Shown piece by piece: positions 26,646 to 34,893 of a DNA stretch of 64,000 nucleotides (position 1 is its first letter; each line of letters starts with the position of its first letter). The position numbers were made by a program, and so were the translations under genes. The notes beneath the pieces were generated by a model. That model was not told the origin of the DNA. It did not search any database and saw only the letters and a list, made by a program, of their open reading frames with translations. The DNA is from an uncultured Bacilli bacterium (GTDB lineage: Bacteria > Bacillota_I > Bacilli_A > RFN20 > CAG-288): contig CAUUFA010000008.1 of assembly GCA_963544395.1 (NCBI GenBank), positions 12,243 through 76,242 of the forward strand. Direction: 5' to 3'.

Positions 26646-27839
26646 TTATTTGTCTAATGTGATACCGTCGATGTCGATATCGAAGTAGGGGGCGCTGCGG
26701 AATTCGGATTCAGCAAAATAGGTCACACCGCCTTCGGTTTTGATGACTTCAGTGTCGGGTGTGAATTTTTCATCGGTGTTGACATCCGCTTGATAAGAAG
26801 TGAGGTGGGCACCTTTGACAGTGAAGGTGGAGCAATCGAAGACTTTGAGAGAACCGTCTCTCAGTTTACCGGCAACTTCATTGAGCTTCGCTTCGGTTCC
26901 GGGAGCGGCGTTCTTGCCAAGCTCGGTCAGAGCGACCGCACCATCAGAGAGGGTGCTGCCGAGGATTCCGGTATAATCGACGCCAACGTGCTTTCCGGAT
27001 TTGACTTTCTGGAAGGCGTCCTTGAAATAAGGAGCCCAGTTGATCTTGGAAGAGACGATGAAGGTGTTCGGGCATCTCGAAGCTGTGGATCCGTTGTAGG
27101 AGACGTTAGGGATGTTCTTGCTCTCGCAGGTCGTCGGAGCTCCCCAGGAGTCAGCGTGCTGAGAGATCAGAACGGCACCGTTGGCAATCAGGTTGGTCGC
27201 GACGTTAGCCTCTTCGACTTCGTTGTACCAGGAGTTGGTGAATTTGACTTCCAAGGTGGCAGAAGGCACGATGGAGCGGATGCCTAAGAAGAAGGAAGTG
27301 TATCCGGATTTGACTTCGGCATAAGGGAAAGCGCCGACATAGCCGACTTTCGGAGCAGCGGTCTTACCCATCGCCTGAAGCTTGAGACCGGCAGCCACAC
27401 CGGCGAGATAGCGTCCTTCAAAGATGGAAGCGAAGGAGTTGCCGTAGTTGGCAAGTTTTTCCGTATGAGCCATCGTGCCGGTACCGTGACCGAACTCGAC
27501 ATCCGTGAACTCTTTCGCCGCTTTGATCATGTTTGACTCATGTCCGAACGAGTCGGCGAAGACAAATTTACATCCTTCCTCGACCAGAGCGGAGGCAGCG
27601 TTGTAAGCAAAATTCTCGCCTTCTTCGACACCGGTCCGAATGACCGCTTCGACGCCTTCAGCGGCAGCGGCTTCCTGGAACGCATCGATGAAGTTCTTAT
27701 CGTAGGTGGAGTTATCGTCATGAAGGGTGATCAGACCAACCTTGATCTTCTTATTCGCCGTATCTGAAGTCTTGCCGCATCCGACCAAACCGAAAACAGC
27801 TAGTGCGACGACACTGACGGATCTGAGACCTTTTTTCAT
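26646..27839 (-). CDS. BMP-family (PnrA/Med-like) nucleoside/purine-binding lipoprotein
   Basis: Lipobox FGLVGCG. BMP-like sequence directly upstream of an ATPase and two permeases. Start at ATG 27839 (AAGGAGAAAG upstream) rather than the track start 27896. Confidence 0.88.
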   Translation of the reverse strand: MKKGLRSVSVVALAVFGLVGCGKTSDTANKKIKVGLITLHDDNSTYDKNFIDAFQEAAAAEGVEAVIRTGVEEGENFAYNAASALVEEGCKFVFADSFGHESNMIKAAKEFTDVEFGHGTGTMAHTEKLANYGNSFASIFEGRYLAGVAAGLKLQAMGKTAAPKVGYVGAFPYAEVKSGYTSFFLGIRSIVPSATLEVKFTNSWYNEVEEANVATNLIANGAVLISQHADSWGAPTTCESKNIPNVSYNGSTASRCPNTFIVSSKINWAPYFKDAFQKVKSGKHVGVDYTGILGSTLSDGAVALTELGKNAAPGTEAKLNEVAGKLRDGSLKVFDCSTFTVKGAHLTSYQADVNTDEKFTPDTEVIKTEGGVTYFAESEFRSAPYFDIDIDGITLDK

Positions 27840-27935
27840 TTTTTCTTTCTCCTTTTTTGGGTCTTGCTTACCAAAATCGGAAAAAGCTCTGTTCAATAAA
27901 TTAAAAATGAAAAAAGAAAAACAAGAAGATTATTT

Positions 27936-28004
27936 AATTCGTAGTGCTGGATTTACGGTCCACAGCGTAGAGACTTCCCACCGATCTGGGTAATTATACG
28001 AATT
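27936..28004 (-). promoter_or_regulatory. purine riboswitch aptamer, guanine class (C at the specificity position)
   Basis: The minus-strand RNA is AAUUCGUAUAAUUACCCAGAUCGGUGGGAAGUCUCUACGCUGUGGACCGUAAAUCCAGCACUACGAAUU. P1 is 8 bp (AAUUCGUA/UACGAAUU). J1/2 is UAAU, J2/3 is GUCUCUAC, L3 is CCGUAAA, and J3/1 is AC followed by UACG. These line up with the B. subtilis xpt G-box as I remember it. P2 is shorter than canonical. Confidence 0.8.
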
Positions 28005-28169
28005 CGACGTCTTCACTTCTCTGCTGTTTTCATTATAAGCAAACGAAAACGATGAAAAAACCTTTTTCGGAAAAATCTGCCGCGAAAGCGCTAACAACGT
28101 TTTGCGAAAGTGCTATTGAGAAAGAGAAATTATGCCTGATATTCCTAAATTTATGTGCGAGCTTCCCTT

Positions 28170-28580
28170 CTATTCTTTGGCTTTTCCGGATTCGATGAAG
28201 TAGTTCAGGATCTTCTGCCTGGTGACGATGCCGATGAACTCTTCCCGGTCATCGAGCACCGGGATGAAGTTCTCTTTCAAAGCAAGTTCGAGCAGGTCTT
28301 CCATTCTGGCATCATACTTGATAGCTTGGATATCCCGGTTTCTCCGAACGGAGAGGATGGAGGTTTTTTCTGCCTCTTCATAATTCATTCCGGTATGTTC
28401 TTTTACATACCAAAAGAGATCTCCGTCAGAGACGGTGCCGATGTATTTGCCTTCTTTGGAAAGAATCGGTATGGCAGTGTAATGGTGGTAGGAGAGCTTC
28501 TCGGCAGTCTGACGGATCGTGTAATCCGCTATGACATACTCAACCTGACTTTTCGGTGTCAGAAAAAACATGATATTCAT
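28170..28580 (-). CDS. stand-alone CBS-pair domain protein
   Basis: Two CBS-like repeats (HYTAIPILSKEGKYIGTVSDGDL ; ENFIPVLDDREEFIGIVTRQKIL). Start placed at ATG 28580, and the upstream part of the track ORF looks non-coding. Confidence 0.8.
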   Translation of the reverse strand: MNIMFFLTPKSQVEYVIADYTIRQTAEKLSYHHYTAIPILSKEGKYIGTVSDGDLFWYVKEHTGMNYEEAEKTSILSVRRNRDIQAIKYDARMEDLLELALKENFIPVLDDREEFIGIVTRQKILNYFIESGKAKE

Positions 28581-28775
28581 ACCATCTGTACCTCGCTGAC
28601 TATTTTGAAAAGAAAAATCTGTCTGTATTGTAACGTAGTTCCGAAGGAAAAACCACAATGGATAACGCTCCTTTTTATCGGTACGGGCAACAAATCGGTA
28701 GATATAAATAGTCTGTCATCGGAGAAAGCACATTCCGCTATTCTTTTGAAAGGAAAAGAATAAAATAGTCAGAGT

Positions 28776-30176
28776 ATGAATCACTCTGCCAAAGAGCAGG
28801 TCTCTCTGACCAGCCCGAACATTACAAAGAACATGGTGCTGTTTGCTATTCCTGTCCTCTTCTCCAGCTGGCTTCAGCTCTCTTTCAACCTCGCAGATTA
28901 TATCGTGTGCGGAAATTATGTCTCTGACGTCGCTGTCGGTGCCATCGGGGCGACGAACTCCATCTCTGCTTTGATCGTCGACCTATTCATCGGATTGTCG
29001 CTCGGTGTCAACGTCGTCATCGGCAACTGCTTCGGCGCAAAGGACAGAGAAAAAGCAGAGCGGGCGTTAGGCGTCTCTACGCTCTTAGGATTGGTCTTTG
29101 GTCTTCTTGTCGCATTGATCGGCATCTTCTTCTCTCGGAATCTGCTCATCGCCATGGGAACACCTAGCGACATCCTCGATATGTCGACGACCTATCTGAG
29201 TATCTACTTAGCCGGAGCACCTTTCCTTCTTCTCTATAATTTCGGTGCTGCCGCCCTTCGAAGCATGGGAGATACGATGAGACCTTTCCTCTTTCTGACG
29301 ATCGGAGGAGTGCTGAATGTCTGTCTCAATCTGTTATTAGTTATCCCGATTCAACTTGGTGTCATTGGTTTAGCGATTGCCACAGTGGCGTCAGAGATTG
29401 TTTCCGGTGTTCTCGTCTATCTCTGGCTGATTTTCAAGAAAGGATTGTTCGCTGGCTTCCGGTTCAGAAACCTGCGTCTTTATCGAAAAGAGGGCTGGGA
29501 AGTCATCCGAATCGGTTTCCCTGCGGGCATCCAATCCATCATGTTCGATTTCACCAACGTTCTGATTCAATCGACGATCAACTCCTTCGGAACCGCGACA
29601 ATTTCCGGAGATAGCGCCGCGAATCGAATCGGCTCGTATGTCTATTGTGCGATGGATTCGTTCGCTCAGGCCGGTGTCGCCTTTGTCTCTGCAAATAATG
29701 GCGCCAAGAACAAAGAAGGAATACGGAAATCTATCCGTTATGCAATCCTGTTCGGATTGATCATCGATATCATCGCTTCCGGTATCGTCATCCTGCTGAG
29801 ACGTTATTTCCTGTTAGCGATCATCAAGAACGAGGAAGCCATCGCCGTCGGTGAGAAGAACATTATCATCATCATGAGCACCTACACGCTGATGACCTTG
29901 GTCGATATTCTTCCGTCAGGAGAACGAGGACTGGGTCAGTCTCTTCTTCCGGCCTTGGTCGCTGTCGTCGGTATTGCCTTGACGAGGATTGTCTATGTCT
30001 ATACCCTCTTCCAACTGGAGCAGTTCCATACGATGGAATGGCTCTATGCCGCTTATCCGATCTCCTGGTTCATCACAGCGTTCGCTCACGGAATCTGTCT
30101 CTTCTTTGTCGTTCGGAAACGGTTCAAAGAGATTGATGCCTTTGATGCCAAGCAAGAGATTTCCAGAGTGAATTAA
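28776..30176 (+). CDS. MATE-family efflux transporter
   Basis: 466 aa, 12-TM profile, N-terminal PVLFSSWLQ..., typical MATE repeats. TAAAAT at 28761..28766 lies 9 nt before the ATG and there is no SD. Confidence 0.88.
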   Translation: MNHSAKEQVSLTSPNITKNMVLFAIPVLFSSWLQLSFNLADYIVCGNYVSDVAVGAIGATNSISALIVDLFIGLSLGVNVVIGNCFGAKDREKAERALGVSTLLGLVFGLLVALIGIFFSRNLLIAMGTPSDILDMSTTYLSIYLAGAPFLLLYNFGAAALRSMGDTMRPFLFLTIGGVLNVCLNLLLVIPIQLGVIGLAIATVASEIVSGVLVYLWLIFKKGLFAGFRFRNLRLYRKEGWEVIRIGFPAGIQSIMFDFTNVLIQSTINSFGTATISGDSAANRIGSYVYCAMDSFAQAGVAFVSANNGAKNKEGIRKSIRYAILFGLIIDIIASGIVILLRRYFLLAIIKNEEAIAVGEKNIIIIMSTYTLMTLVDILPSGERGLGQSLLPALVAVVGIALTRIVYVYTLFQLEQFHTMEWLYAAYPISWFITAFAHGICLFFVVRKRFKEIDAFDAKQEISRVN

Positions 30177-30184
30177 AACTTTGT

Positions 30185-30210
30185 ACGATAAAACAATCTA
30201 TCGTTTTTTT
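30185..30210 (+). terminator. rho-independent terminator after the MATE gene
   Basis: ACGATA, loop aaacaatc, TATCGT, followed by T7. Confidence 0.85.
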
Positions 30211-30430
30211 ACTTTGAGTTGTTATAGAAGTTGATGCGATTGATTATAAAAATCAAAGCAATTTTTTCTAAGCTCCTATGTCAGTATTGTTTTGAATGAT
30301 AGCTTTCTATATGATGATTGACGCAGAGCTGACTCAGGCAAAACAGGCGGGCAATCTTTGCGGATCGCCGTCCACCTGGCTTACGAAGAACTGTGGCGCT
30401 GGAAAAGATTTCCTTCGGTTCCTCTTCTTC

Positions 30431-30450
30431 GAAAAAAGCGCCTGAGCGCT
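30431..30450 (-). terminator. terminator after the ArsR/small-protein operon
   Basis: Minus strand reads AGCGC, loop tcag, GCGCT, followed by TTTTTTCG. Confidence 0.75.
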
Positions 30451-30456
30451 CTGTCT

Positions 30457-30663
30457 CTAAATGTCGTAAAGCAGAACGACGTCGGTCGGAGAAATCTCGA
30501 CGAGGTTCATCACGGTCCCGTCCTGTTTGTAAAACTGAACTTTACAGGTGTCTCCGCTCTCGGAGACAGAGATGACAGTGCCGGTTGTCCCTTTCGGGAT
30601 GAGAAGTCCAAAGGGTGTGATGATATCGGCTTTGGCTTTGACTGAATCACGTGAACTGAACAT
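30457..30663 (-). CDS. small (68 aa) beta-rich protein, DUF4926-like
   Basis: The pattern ...LLIPKGTTGTVISVSESGDTCKVQFYKQDGTVMNLVEISPTDV... matches my memory of DUF4926-type small proteins. It is 3 nt downstream of the ArsR gene. Confidence 0.5.
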   Translation of the reverse strand: MFSSRDSVKAKADIITPFGLLIPKGTTGTVISVSESGDTCKVQFYKQDGTVMNLVEISPTDVVLLYDI

Positions 30664-30666
30664 AGG

Positions 30667-31044
30667 TTACCACCCCTTTCGTTTCCGCTCATCATACAGC
30701 GTCTCGTTCTTTTCTGAGACGTGTTCAAGACCGGTTTTGAACAGGTCTTTGATATGGTTGTCGGTGAGGGCGTAGAGGATCTGCTTTCCTTCACGGCAAT
30801 AGGTGACGATATCATGTTTTCTTAAGACCTGAAGCTGATGGGAAACCCGGGATTGAGAGAGCCCTAAGACCTCAGCAATGTCGTTGACGCAAAGCTTTTT
30901 GGTTGAGAGCAAAGCGATCATGGAGAGCCTGGTCTGATCGGCAAACAGGGAGAAGAAATCAGAAATTTCCTCAAAGGATTCCGGGGTCAGCTGCCTCGCC
31001 TTGATGTTAGCGATCTCTTCTTCGTTTTTCTTAATGCTGTTCAT
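30667..31044 (-). CDS. ArsR/SmtB-family transcriptional regulator
   Basis: wHTH LCVNDIAEVLGLSQSRVSHQLQVLRKHDIV. Start uncertain: ATG 31044 is preferred, while the track start 31095 is a GTG without an SD. Confidence 0.85.
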   Translation of the reverse strand: MNSIKKNEEEIANIKARQLTPESFEEISDFFSLFADQTRLSMIALLSTKKLCVNDIAEVLGLSQSRVSHQLQVLRKHDIVTYCREGKQILYALTDNHIKDLFKTGLEHVSEKNETLYDERKRKGW

Positions 31045-31302
31045 AGTGTCCCTATTATATTCTTTTTCTTCTTGATTTTGCAAAGCAGAAATCACCCATA
31101 AAAATCAGTGACTTCTCTTCTGAATGTATTGAACAATGAAAGGCTTTTTAGCAAAAACGATTTATTGTAGTATGTTTCGCTTGTCTTTTGCTTACTCGGC
31201 ACAATCTGGGTTTTTATACACGATGTTCTGATGCGCTTCTGTAGGAATGAACGTTTCGCCTGTTTGGAAAGAAGGAAAACTGCCGAATTCTTTAGACTTT
31301 TA

Positions 31303-31330
31303 TATATATATTATATATAATATTTATGTT
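31303..31330. repeat. (TA)n-rich low-complexity tract
   Basis: ttttatatatatattatatataatattt lies directly upstream of yaaA and probably contains its -10. Confidence 0.8.
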
Positions 31331-31363
31331 TTTGTTCTCAATAAATAAAGGGGATTCTGAACC

Positions 31364-31594
31364 ATGAAATTGCACGGCTCGAAAGTTTTCATCAAAGGGG
31401 AATTCATCACGTTAGGTCAGCTGCTGAAATTTCTTGACCTTGTAGCGACAGGGGGAGAGGAAAAACTCTTCCTTCAGGAGCATGAGATCACCTTTAACGG
31501 AGAGAAGGAAAACCGGCGGGGAAAGAAGTTGCATGACGGCGATCACGTCTCCATCGATAAGGATTTCTACGAGATATGTTCATCCGAAAACTGA
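31364..31594 (+). CDS. yaaA: S4-domain RNA-binding protein YaaA
   Basis: 76 aa, ITLGQLLKFL...NGEKENRRGKKLHDGDHV S4-like motif, in the conserved position upstream of recF. Confidence 0.85.
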   Translation: MKLHGSKVFIKGEFITLGQLLKFLDLVATGGEEKLFLQEHEITFNGEKENRRGKKLHDGDHVSIDKDFYEICSSEN

Positions 31595-32679
31595 TTCTCA
31601 CTAACTTCCGGAATTACCATTATTTGGAATCGGAATTCGGTGAGAACGGCATCTTCATCACGGGGAATAACGGCATCGGCAAGACCAATATCTTAGAAGC
31701 CATCTATTACCTGACGCTCGGCCGTTCTTTCCGGAAGAGTGAGGATAAAGATCTGATTCTGAACGGGGAGAAAGAAGCTTCGGTTTATTTGGTCTTCCGT
31801 TCAGAATCGGATCAGAAGGACCATACGCTCTCCTGTGTCATCAGAAACGGATACAAGATCTTCAGCTATGATGACGAGAAGATCAAGAGTCTGTCCAAGA
31901 TTCTAGGTAAGCTCCTGGCGGTCTATTATGACCCGTCTCTCGTCTTCTTCTTCAAAGGAGAGCCGATGGAGCGAAGGAGGCTTCTGGATGCGACGTTAAG
32001 TCAGCTCAGCCCAGAATATCTCTACGCCCTGACTCGATATCGGAAGATATTGAAAGAGAGGAACCAGGCTCTCGTTCAGAACTATGATCCGGATGTGACA
32101 CTCGTATTAAGAAATGAGCTGATCAATCTCGCCTATCGGATTGTCAAAGAGAGAAAGGACTTATGTAAGACACTCTCTGCCGGGGCAAAGGATTACTACA
32201 ACAAGCTCTTCGGAGAAGGACATACGCTCAAGCTCACCTATAAGACGACAAGCCCTTTGGAAGATGATCAGGAAACCTTCGTCAAGGAATCGATCGCCCT
32301 CTTCGAACACAACCAATCGTTAGAGAATATGCGGAAGACGACTTTGATCGGGCCGCATCGGGACGATCTGATGGCTGCTCTCGACGGAAACGAGCTCGCT
32401 GGGTATGGTAGCCAGGGGGAGAACAGAATCGCCTCTCTGAGCCTGAAACTATCGATTCTGGACGATGTCACGAAGAAGCTGAGCAACCGCCCGATCCTAT
32501 TATTAGACGATGTCACCTCGGACTTGGATGACAGAAGGACACAGAACCTTCTCTCTTGCATCAACCAAAAGGGACAGCAGGTATTTGTCACCGGGACGAA
32601 TGTCAGAAACGGATTTGAGACTTACGAAGTTCTCACATCCGATGGAAATACACTAACAAGGAGGAACCAACATGACTGA
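31576..32679 (+). CDS. recF: DNA replication/repair protein RecF
   Basis: Walker A ITGNNGIGKTNILEAIY, signature-like GSQGENR and Walker B ILLLDDVTSDLD. Confidence 0.93.
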   Translation: MFIRKLILTNFRNYHYLESEFGENGIFITGNNGIGKTNILEAIYYLTLGRSFRKSEDKDLILNGEKEASVYLVFRSESDQKDHTLSCVIRNGYKIFSYDDEKIKSLSKILGKLLAVYYDPSLVFFFKGEPMERRRLLDATLSQLSPEYLYALTRYRKILKERNQALVQNYDPDVTLVLRNELINLAYRIVKERKDLCKTLSAGAKDYYNKLFGEGHTLKLTYKTTSPLEDDQETFVKESIALFEHNQSLENMRKTTLIGPHRDDLMAALDGNELAGYGSQGENRIASLSLKLSILDDVTKKLSNRPILLLDDVTSDLDDRRTQNLLSCINQKGQQVFVTGTNVRNGFETYEVLTSDGNTLTRRNQHD

Positions 32680-34879
32680 TGAAGAAAAAGAGCAGGCAGA
32701 AAAGCGGGCGCTAGAAGCCGAGCGCCAGAGACAGAAGGTCGAACAGGTCGCTAAGGATGAGGGTTTGGGAGTCAAGAAGGAAGAGGAAGCCAAACCCCAC
32801 CTTGATGAGCAGCCGCCCGAAGAGGATTTTGAAGAGGAACATGTCGAGCACGTCGAACTGGATACGTCTACCGAAGCCAAGAAGATGAAGGCCAAGGAGG
32901 AGTACACCGGAAGCGATATCGAGATTCTTCAGGGCTTGGAAGCCGTCAGACAGCGCCCTGGCATGTACATCGGAACCACGTCAAGCCGCGGTCTGCATCA
33001 CTTGATCCGCGAAGCTGTCGACAACGGCATCGATGAGGCTTTGGCCGGATATTGCAAGCACATCAAAGTCTCGATTCTTCCGGGGACGAAGGAAAACCCG
33101 ATCAACAGGGTCAGAGTCGAGGATGATGGCCGAGGCATCCCCTGCGACATCAATAAGCAGACGGGGTTAAGCACCGTGGAGACGGTCTACACCATCCTTC
33201 ACGCCGGCGGAAAGTTCAACGATAAGACTGGATATAAGATCTCCGGCGGTCTGCATGGCATCGGTGTCAAAGCGGTCAATGCGCTTTCGACATTAGTCAC
33301 CGTCACGGTTTTCCGTGAGGGAAAGATTCATCAGATCAAGTTTGAAAACGGCGGCAACACGGTCGCTCCCGGGCTTCAGGTCATCGGAGAGTGCCCGCTA
33401 GAAAAGACAGGAACCACTGTGGAATTCACACCGGATCCGCTGATTTTCAAAGAGACGACAACGTTTGAGTTCTCAACGGTCAACTCTTATCTCAGACAGA
33501 CCGCTTATCTGACGAAGGGTCTTGATCTGACACTCGATGATGTCAGGAATCCTGACAATCCGCTTCACTCCCACTATCATTTCGATGGCGGAATCAAGGA
33601 GTATGTCGCTTATATCAACGAGGAGAAGGACAAGATTTTTGAAGACATCTGCTATGTCAACGGCGGTTCGACGGTCAGCACCGGCGGACTAGAAGGGGCA
33701 AAGCCGACAACCATCATCGTCGAAGCGGCGTTCCAGCCGACGAAATCCGGCATTGTCAACATGAACTCCTTCTGCAACAACATCCGCACCGCAGGTGGCG
33801 GAACGCATGAGGAAGGTTTCCGTCTGGCCATCGGAAGAGAGCTCAACGCTTATTTCCGAGCCAAGGACTGGCTGAAGAAAGATGATGATAACTTCCGATC
33901 CGAGGACTGCTTGGAAGGTCTGACGGTCATTCTCAGCGTCAAGCACTCCGCTCCTCAGTACGAAGGTCAGGTCAAGGATAAACTGGGCAACGATGAGGTC
34001 AGGAAGGTCGCTTCCTCCATCGTCGGCGATTATCTGCGCGAGTATCTCCTCGAGCATCCTAAGGAAGGCAAGGAGTGGTATGACCGTGTCGTCTCTGCCT
34101 ACAAGGGCAGAAAGGCGGCCGAAAAAGCCAGAGCTGCCGCTCAGGGCAAGCTCTCGGTCGGAAGCGGTATGCCTGACAAGCTCACCGACTGCATCTCGAA
34201 GGATCCATTAGAGCGTGAGCTCTTCATCGTCGAGGGAAACTCCGCAGGCGGTTCTGCGGTGCAGGGCAGAGATGCCAGAACGCAGGCAATCCTTCCTCTG
34301 CGAGGCAAGATCCTCAACGTCGAGAAGGCGCAGGCGACCCGCATTGAGAAGAACGCGGAAATCTACAATATGGTCACCGCCATCGGCGCTGGTCAAGGTG
34401 AATCTTTCGATGTGAGCAAGATCCGTTATGACAAGGTCATCATCATGACCGATGCTGATGTCGACGGCTCTCACATCCGCATCCTGCTGATGACGTTCTT
34501 CTACCGCTTCATGAGACCGTTAGTCGAGACAGGGCATCTTTATATCGCTCAGCCGCCTCTCTATAAGCTCACCTATAAGAACAACGACTTCTACGCCTTC
34601 ACGGATGCCGAGCTTGACAACATCAAGGCAAAGATCTTAGAGACCGGAGACAAGAATCCAAAGTATGCTTTGCAGCGATACAAGGGCTTAGGTGAAATGG
34701 ATCCGGATCAGCTGGATGAGACGACGATGGATAAAAATCACAGACGTATGCTTCAGGTCACCATCGAGGACGCTCAGGAAGCAAACGACGCTCTGATCGA
34801 TCTGATGGGCGAGGCTGTCGAACCGAGAAAAGACTACATCACCGCCAACGCTCAGTTCGTTCAGAACCTGGATATCTAA
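32672..34879 (+). CDS. gyrB: DNA gyrase subunit B with a ~75-aa K/E-rich N-terminal extension
   Basis: LEAVRQRPGMYIG, EGNSAGGSA, PLRGKILNVEKA and IMTDADVDGSHI. AAGGAGG SD before ATG 32672. Confidence 0.96.
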   Translation: MTDEEKEQAEKRALEAERQRQKVEQVAKDEGLGVKKEEEAKPHLDEQPPEEDFEEEHVEHVELDTSTEAKKMKAKEEYTGSDIEILQGLEAVRQRPGMYIGTTSSRGLHHLIREAVDNGIDEALAGYCKHIKVSILPGTKENPINRVRVEDDGRGIPCDINKQTGLSTVETVYTILHAGGKFNDKTGYKISGGLHGIGVKAVNALSTLVTVTVFREGKIHQIKFENGGNTVAPGLQVIGECPLEKTGTTVEFTPDPLIFKETTTFEFSTVNSYLRQTAYLTKGLDLTLDDVRNPDNPLHSHYHFDGGIKEYVAYINEEKDKIFEDICYVNGGSTVSTGGLEGAKPTTIIVEAAFQPTKSGIVNMNSFCNNIRTAGGGTHEEGFRLAIGRELNAYFRAKDWLKKDDDNFRSEDCLEGLTVILSVKHSAPQYEGQVKDKLGNDEVRKVASSIVGDYLREYLLEHPKEGKEWYDRVVSAYKGRKAAEKARAAAQGKLSVGSGMPDKLTDCISKDPLERELFIVEGNSAGGSAVQGRDARTQAILPLRGKILNVEKAQATRIEKNAEIYNMVTAIGAGQGESFDVSKIRYDKVIIMTDADVDGSHIRILLMTFFYRFMRPLVETGHLYIAQPPLYKLTYKNNDFYAFTDAELDNIKAKILETGDKNPKYALQRYKGLGEMDPDQLDETTMDKNHRRMLQVTIEDAQEANDALIDLMGEAVEPRKDYITANAQFVQNLDI

Positions 34880-34893
34880 AGGAGGGATAGAAA

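Noticed and set aside
31210-31330. Possible oriC: an AT-rich (TA)n tract plus a change in coding-strand bias next to yaaA-recF-gyrBA.
   Set aside because: Only one degenerate DnaA-box-like 9-mer is found. dnaA and dnaN are absent. My rough hand counts of G versus C on sampled lines showed the plus strand with G at or above C on both sides, so there is no visible skew inversion. I kept it as a synteny observation, not as an origin call.
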